A stretch of DNA of 39,137 nt from a virus (taxonomy: Duplodnaviria; Caudoviricetes): positions 1-39,137 of IMG/VR virus record IMGVR_UViG_3300043772_000816; one strand, 5' to 3'. A model generated the notes under the pieces. The model worked only from the letters and a program-made list of their open reading frames with translations, was not told where the DNA came from and did no database searches. The stretch's first letter is position 1, and the number at the start of each line of letters is the position of its first letter. The position numbers and the translations under genes are program-made. This document shows, one piece after another, positions 34,570 to 39,137 of the stretch.

Positions 34570-35396
34570 TCCTCGAAACGAGCGAGCAGTATCACGCGAA
34601 CCCTGCGGTCTCGCACAGCAAGCTTGAGGTCTACCGCCGTCGACCGCGCCTCTATCAGATGCGGTACGTCACGAAGGAGGTTCCGCCTCCCGAACAGACG
34701 GCGGCGTTTCGCATCGGTTCGGCTACGCACTGCGCGATCCTCGAACTGAACACGTTCGCTGATCGTTACGTCCTTCGACCCGAGGGCATCGACCGTCGAA
34801 CGAAGGACGGCAAGGCAGCGTGGGAATCCTTCGCGACGCAGCACGCAGGCAAGGAAATCCTCGACGTAGACGAGTGGAAACAGATCGCTGCTATGCAGGC
34901 GGCGGCACGCGAGCATCCGCTCGCTAGTCAGCTGCTTAGCAAGGGCACGCCCGAACTCGTCTGGCGGTCGCACGGCAACAGCTTCGCGCTGCAATGCCGC
35001 ACCGACTGGTTTAACGCTGAGGGCTGCGAGCTCTCGAAGGGTCGTCCCTACGTCGCTGACCTCAAGACTATCGACACGCTTGACGCAGACGCATACCGAT
35101 CCTTTGAGCGGTCCTGCTTCAGCTACGGGTATCACCGTCAGGCGGGCTTCTATCTCCCGCTGCTGACCGAGGTGCTCGGCAAGCCGGTCTACGATTTCAT
35201 CTTTATCGTAGTCGAGAAGCAGCCGCCGCACGGCATAGCCATCTTCCGGCTCGACGATCACGCCGTCTCGGTCGGACAGGACGAGACCATCGACGACCTC
35301 CGCAAGCTGAAGGTCTCAATCGAGACGAACGCTTGGCCCAACATCCCGAACGAGGTGACGGAACTCACCCTCCCGAAATGGTACGCAAACAAATGA
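34566..35396 (+). CDS. RecE / exonuclease VIII-like PD-(D/E)xK nuclease (DUF3799)
   Basis: YHANPAVSHSKL, IGSATHCAILE, DRRTKDGK, CRTDW...ADLKT, YGYHRQAGFY, FIVVEK.PP. Confidence 0.88.
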   Translation: MILETSEQYHANPAVSHSKLEVYRRRPRLYQMRYVTKEVPPPEQTAAFRIGSATHCAILELNTFADRYVLRPEGIDRRTKDGKAAWESFATQHAGKEILDVDEWKQIAAMQAAAREHPLASQLLSKGTPELVWRSHGNSFALQCRTDWFNAEGCELSKGRPYVADLKTIDTLDADAYRSFERSCFSYGYHRQAGFYLPLLTEVLGKPVYDFIFIVVEKQPPHGIAIFRLDDHAVSVGQDETIDDLRKLKVSIETNAWPNIPNEVTELTLPKWYANK

Positions 35397-35485
35397 TTAC
35401 CACACTAGCGATGTTCGGAGTCCTGCTGTTCGCCATCGTCGCCTATGCGCTGTTCACGGCGCAGGACGGAGGCGACGATGAGTAA
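35393..35485 (+). CDS. Small TM peptide (30 aa, not in the ORF track)
   Basis: MITTLAMFGVLLFAIVAYALFTAQDGGDDE; ATGA overlap with the exonuclease stop. Confidence 0.5.
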   Translation: MITTLAMFGVLLFAIVAYALFTAQDGGDDE

Positions 35486-35687
35486 CATCGAACTCATCGC
35501 TGCAGGCTTGCTCGCAACCGCCTGTGGTATCCTCGCAGGATACTGGCTAGGCGTGAAGGACGGAGAACAACTCGGACGCGATCAGGAGTGGATGGACTCC
35601 TTCTTCCGGCGCGTCGAAACCGACAAACGTAAACGAGACAAATATGGACGCTTCAAAACCACGACGACCACGCCGGACAAAAGCTGA
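35478..35687 (+). CDS. Small membrane-anchored protein
   Basis: N-terminal TM IAAGLLATACGILAGYWLG; C-terminal RDKYGRF motif. Confidence 0.6.
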   Translation: MSNIELIAAGLLATACGILAGYWLGVKDGEQLGRDQEWMDSFFRRVETDKRKRDKYGRFKTTTTTPDKS

Positions 35688-35880
35688 ACTGGCAAAGCAC
35701 GACGCCGAACTCGAACGGCTTATTCAAGAAATGAACGATCCCAAAACGACCGCTCTCAAGCTGGGCATTTCGAATTCACACGCTCACTTGCACTACCGCC
35801 TTAGAGGTATGCGGCGCGGTTACATTACCGATGCCGAGCGCATTAAAATCCTCGCCGCGCGGAAGGGAGTTATCCTGTGA
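35644..35880 (+). CDS. Small HTH-like protein (paralog A)
   Basis: PKTTALKLGISNSHA...MRRGYITDAER. Confidence 0.6.
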   Translation: MDASKPRRPRRTKAELAKHDAELERLIQEMNDPKTTALKLGISNSHAHLHYRLRGMRRGYITDAERIKILAARKGVIL

Positions 35881-36104
35881 GTAACGATCCCGCTTTTACA
35901 TATCGGTGTACGACGCACCATTATGCGTGCGACTGCCGGGAAGAAAAATTCGCACTGCTAGAGAAGGACAACTTCCGACTCAGGCTTGAGCAGGCGAAGT
36001 TCCGGACTGCGCTGACTAAGATCGTCGACGCGCCGCACGGTAATGACTACGGCACGTTCGCTCGTAAGACAGCCGGTCGCGCGCTCGGGAGGAAAAAGCG
36101 ATGA
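35877..36104 (+). CDS. Hypothetical protein
   Basis: CTTHHYACDCRE metal-binding-like motif; coupled starts and stops. Confidence 0.6.
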   Translation: MSNDPAFTYRCTTHHYACDCREEKFALLEKDNFRLRLEQAKFRTALTKIVDAPHGNDYGTFARKTAGRALGRKKR

Positions 36105-36313
36105 GCTACCCGCAAAATCCAAAGACGCCCGCGATTCAACGGATGCTGATGGAGATGAAATCCTCTAAGGAGATTCACTTAGCGCTGCGCGTATCAGGAA
36201 AAGAAATCTGCGATCAGGCGCAGGCGCTGAAGCTGCGGCGGGTTTATCTTACAGCGGACGAACGCAAGGTTATCGGCGAGCGCCGTAAGATGAAACCGGA
36301 GGACATCCCGTGA
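36101..36313 (+). CDS. Small HTH-like protein (paralog B)
   Basis: SKEIHLALRVSGKEI...LRRVYLTADER. Confidence 0.6.
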   Translation: MSYPQNPKTPAIQRMLMEMKSSKEIHLALRVSGKEICDQAQALKLRRVYLTADERKVIGERRKMKPEDIP

Positions 36314-36756
36314 GCCATTACGTCCTAACCTTTAACGGAGACCCGAAGCCGCAGCCGCGCCCGCGAGCCTTCGCTCGGAAGATGGGCGCGCGCTACGTCG
36401 CGCGGGTCTACGATTCCGACTCGGCAGATGCTTGGAAGGAGCTAATCAAACGCGAGTGCTGGGCGCAGAAGTACGGCGCGAATATCGGATTGGAGAACCT
36501 AGCAGTTGAGGTCCGTCTCTCCTTCCTCTTCGCGCGACCGAAGTCGCACTTCAAAGCCGACGGTACACTTAACTCGCGCGCTCCCGAATGGCATTGCCAG
36601 CGTCCCGACTCAGATAACTTAGCTAAGGCGGTCCTCGATGCCGTCACCGACTCGGGCGTCTTCTGGAAGGACGACGCACAGATTGTTGATCTAAGGGTTA
36701 CGAAAGACTGGAGCCGAGGTCAGCCGGGATGCCTAATGGAGATTCGCTCCCTATGA
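36310..36756 (+). CDS. rusA: RusA Holliday junction resolvase
   Basis: GDPKPQPRPR, RPDSDNLAKAVLDAV...WKDDAQIV. Confidence 0.92.
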   Translation: MSHYVLTFNGDPKPQPRPRAFARKMGARYVARVYDSDSADAWKELIKRECWAQKYGANIGLENLAVEVRLSFLFARPKSHFKADGTLNSRAPEWHCQRPDSDNLAKAVLDAVTDSGVFWKDDAQIVDLRVTKDWSRGQPGCLMEIRSL

Positions 36757-37457
36757 ACTGGGTCAACCTCAACGTCGCAACCCTCCGGTCTCCGGAGTTT
36801 ATCGGATGCGAGCCTGTTGCTCGGGCTACTTGGCTGTCGATCCTCGCGTACTGCTGCTCGCAGGAGAACGGCGGGAAAATCACCGCCTGCTCGGAATGGA
36901 AGGACCGGCAGTGGCAGCAGATTTGTGGCGTGACCTACGACGAGGTTCACTCGGCGCAGCCTCTTTTAGTCTGGGACGGAACCGACCTAGTCGTCTGGCA
37001 GTATCCGGCGGATAAGCAGGCCGAAATACAGGCGCGGCGGGAGGCAGGACGGCGCGGAGGTCTAAGCCGGTCCGAAGCAAAAGTCGAAGCCGTCCGAGTT
37101 AACGGAGCGAAGCAAAGCCAAAGCAAAGGCAAAGCTCAACCTAAGCACAGGCAAAGCTCAGACCAAACGGAAAGAGAAGGAGAAGGAGAAATAGAAAGGA
37201 AGGAGAAGACAGAAGGTGCGGAGGGTTCCGCACCAGCAGTCAGCGATTCCGAGTGGCTTGCTTCTCTAAGCGCCAATCCAGCGTACAAGACGCTGAACGT
37301 ACCAGCCGAGTTCGCCAAGATGAGTAGCTGGTGCGCCGTTAACAACCGCCAGCCGACGCGCCGCCGGTTCGTCAACTGGCTTAACCGATGCGACAAGCCG
37401 CTGGCGCCGCAGGGCGTACAGGGCGAGTTTCAGAGCGTGCGATCCAAAGACTGGTGA
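36753..37457 (+). CDS. Replication initiator protein
   Basis: wHTH-like N-terminus, AGRRGG, low-complexity linker carrying DNA repeats, C-terminal RRFVNWLNR; directly upstream of a DnaC-like gene. Confidence 0.75.
   Translation: MNWVNLNVATLRSPEFIGCEPVARATWLSILAYCCSQENGGKITACSEWKDRQWQQICGVTYDEVHSAQPLLVWDGTDLVVWQYPADKQAEIQARREAGRRGGLSRSEAKVEAVRVNGAKQSQSKGKAQPKHRQSSDQTEREGEGEIERKEKTEGAEGSAPAVSDSEWLASLSANPAYKTLNVPAEFAKMSSWCAVNNRQPTRRRFVNWLNRCDKPLAPQGVQGEFQSVRSKDW
37110..37216. repeat. Putative origin: iteron-like repeats plus purine-rich tract
   Basis: AAGCAAAGGCAAAGCTCA (37121) and AAGCACAGGCAAAGCTCA (37143), partial copy at 37110; near-pure A/G run 37169-37216. Confidence 0.65.
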
Positions 37458-37459
37458 CG

Positions 37460-38296
37460 ATGCCAACCCTCGACGTATTAGAAGCCGAGCGAGTCTTCGA
37501 CTCTATCGGGATTAAAATAAACCCTGACGCTGCTCACCGCACCGCGCTTGAACGCAAGCTGGTCGAAACGTGGGACGGAGACGACAAGTGGAGCCGAGGA
37601 GCTTGCAAGGTCTGCGCGGAGCCGATGGAGGAGACGAGTTGTAAGCTGATGGACTTCGAGCTCCCGATTAACGTTTGCGAGCGATGCGGACCAATGGTTT
37701 CGGCGCATTACAGCTGCGACCGCGCAGGCGACGAGATCGTCACGCAGAATCCGTGGTGGGACGAGAATTGTCCGCCGAACTATCAGGAACTGATTACCTC
37801 GAAGCGTTGGCCGGAACACTGCGACCGCGCCGCTATCGAGCGCGTGCAGAAGTGGACCGCGAGCGACCGCAAAGGGCTCGTCCTACTCGGACCGTCGGGA
37901 ATCGGGAAGACGCTCTCGCTATGGGCGAAGGCGCGCGACCTAGAGCGCTCAGGCGTAAAGCCTGTGTTCTTGTCCGCAGTTGAGTTCGCTCGTAAGCTCG
38001 CAGTCGCTGCGCGCGATCTCGATAAAGCTGACTGGCTGATGCGGGCGCCGGTCCTCATTATCGACGATCTAGGAAAAGAAAAGTTATCTGCAGCCGTCGC
38101 TCCGCTGATCTGGGAAGTCATCGACTCGCGGAACAACCATCGCCGCCTGACGCTTATCTCGACCCGCTTCCGAGGCAGCGAGTTCGTCGGGCGATTCTCC
38201 GAGCCGGTCCTCGGCGAAGACATACGAGGACGCATCGCCGATAGTTGCACCGTTGTTAATTTCGGTCTTGACAAAGTCCTAAGCGCTTCGGGATAG
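37460..38296 (+). CDS. DnaC/IstB-like helicase loader ATPase
   Basis: Two CxxC pairs, Walker A GPSGIGKT, Walker B LIIDDLGKE, IDSR...TLIST. Confidence 0.88.
   Translation: MPTLDVLEAERVFDSIGIKINPDAAHRTALERKLVETWDGDDKWSRGACKVCAEPMEETSCKLMDFELPINVCERCGPMVSAHYSCDRAGDEIVTQNPWWDENCPPNYQELITSKRWPEHCDRAAIERVQKWTASDRKGLVLLGPSGIGKTLSLWAKARDLERSGVKPVFLSAVEFARKLAVAARDLDKADWLMRAPVLIIDDLGKEKLSAAVAPLIWEVIDSRNNHRRLTLISTRFRGSEFVGRFSEPVLGEDIRGRIADSCTVVNFGLDKVLSASG
38268..38291 (+). promoter_or_regulatory. TTGACA plus operator-like palindrome CCTAAGCGCTTCGG
   Basis: Perfect -35 hexamer 38268-38273 followed by a third copy of the 14-bp motif at 38278-38291; no clear -10. Confidence 0.45.
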
Positions 38297-38303
38297 GTCT
38301 CGC

Positions 38304-38435
38304 GTGCGCGAATCAGGTAAACCCAAGAACATCTCCGCTCACACTTGGAAGAAGCATCAACGCATTAACGCACAGCTTCGCAAGGGTGGGCGGTCGAGGA
38401 CAACGAAGTGGAAAACAACGAACGCAGAGAGCTAG
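38304..38435 (+). CDS. Possible small basic protein (43 aa)
   Basis: GTG start; MRESGKPKNISAHTWKKHQRINAQLRKGGRSRTTKWKTTNAES; fills the gap after the loader gene. Confidence 0.35.
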   Translation: MRESGKPKNISAHTWKKHQRINAQLRKGGRSRTTKWKTTNAES

Positions 38436-38662
38436 AGGCATTTCGGCTGCTCGCTAAGACGCAGCGGGCGATAGCCACACTGGAAAATCATCAGAAGGCA
38501 CTCGCGCAGGAGTGCGGCGAACGGAGGAAGCGACTGCGCCGGATTATCGCAGCGATCCAGCAGAGGGACCAACTCGGGATGCTTCCTATTGAGGGCATCG
38601 ACAAGATCAGCGTGGGCGTCGAGGACGAGGCGCTGATCCACAATCCGATGCAAGGGCTCTAA
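38408..38662 (+). CDS. Hypothetical coiled-coil protein
   Basis: 84-aa ORF. Confidence 0.6.
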   Translation: MENNERRELEAFRLLAKTQRAIATLENHQKALAQECGERRKRLRRIIAAIQQRDQLGMLPIEGIDKISVGVEDEALIHNPMQGL

Positions 38663-38664
38663 CC

Positions 38665-39123
38665 GTGATCACGTACACGCTCAACCAGCAGCCGGTACAC
38701 CGCAACGTGTACGACGGCGCGAGTGACTCGGCTAAGTTAATGGCCGAACTGTTCGAGCGGCTGATCGAATTAGAGGAGACGAAGAAGGGACAAGCAGGCG
38801 GGTTGGTTAGGCGGCTTGCTACTCTCGCCGACCTATCGTCCGGCGCGTTTCGTATGGTACTTGAGTTTGGGAGAGGGAATACCCGCGCCCTCCTCGCCTC
38901 CTACGAGGAGCAGGCTATGCGCCGTGGCTGTACGCGACAGGCAATCCATTGGCAGTGGCAGCAGGATCTGAAAGCGATCAAGCTTTGTTTTCCCGAGCTG
39001 GAGACCCTAATGCGGGAGTATCGCGAGTCAATCGAGCGGCGAGAGGGCGCCCTTAGTGCCGCCGACGGTCTAAGGCTAGCGGTAGAGGGAGCGGCGCCGA
39101 GCGGCAAGAGGGAGGGCGCGTAA
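38665..39123 (+). CDS. HTH protein (sigma region-4-like), candidate late regulator
   Basis: SYEEQAMRRGCTRQAIHWQWQQDLKAIK; last gene of the replication region, where lambda-like phages place late activators. Confidence 0.5.
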   Translation: MITYTLNQQPVHRNVYDGASDSAKLMAELFERLIELEETKKGQAGGLVRRLATLADLSSGAFRMVLEFGRGNTRALLASYEEQAMRRGCTRQAIHWQWQQDLKAIKLCFPELETLMREYRESIERREGALSAADGLRLAVEGAAPSGKREGA

Positions 39124-39137
39124 ATGGCTTTAGAAGG

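Noticed and set aside
1-39137. Lysogeny module, tRNAs, terminal repeats or a defined cos site
   Set aside because: I recognised no integrase, divergent CI/Cro pair or tRNA. The two ends share no visible repeat, so completeness and termini cannot be established from this window.

Overview
The window reads as a complete or nearly complete genome of a GC-rich (roughly 60% by eye), lambda-like siphovirus, with every credible gene on the + strand. Gene order: DNA-modification cluster (ParB-like, C5-cytosine transferase, asparagine-synthetase-like amide ligase, CmoA-like enzyme), terminase small subunit, an inserted early-type cassette with DUF932, GpA terminase, gpW, portal, a 1901-aa fibre, holin-like genes, protease/scaffold, decoration and capsid proteins, two glycosyltransferase genes, a tail module (G/GT frameshift, short tape measure, Dit, gpL-like, NlpC/P60, gpJ-like), early genes (secreted lysozyme-like protein, RecT, RecE-like), RusA, a replication initiator with internal origin, a DnaC-like loader and a terminal HTH protein. 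I saw no integrase, canonical repressor, tRNA or CRISPR. The standout is 561-3068. The C5-methyltransferase has Arg in place of the motif X Asn (GRAVPP for GNAVPP) and sits in an operon with a carboxy-SAM-synthase-like gene and a glutaminase-less amide ligase. Together these predict cytosine carboxymethylation followed by amidation. Other signals are an apparent CCWGG avoidance or decay signature, a TTGAC-like motif 20 nt before several late start codons, twin internal-loop hairpins, a 14-bp palindromic operator and probable virion glycosylation. All family calls come from motif recognition by eye; no searches were run.
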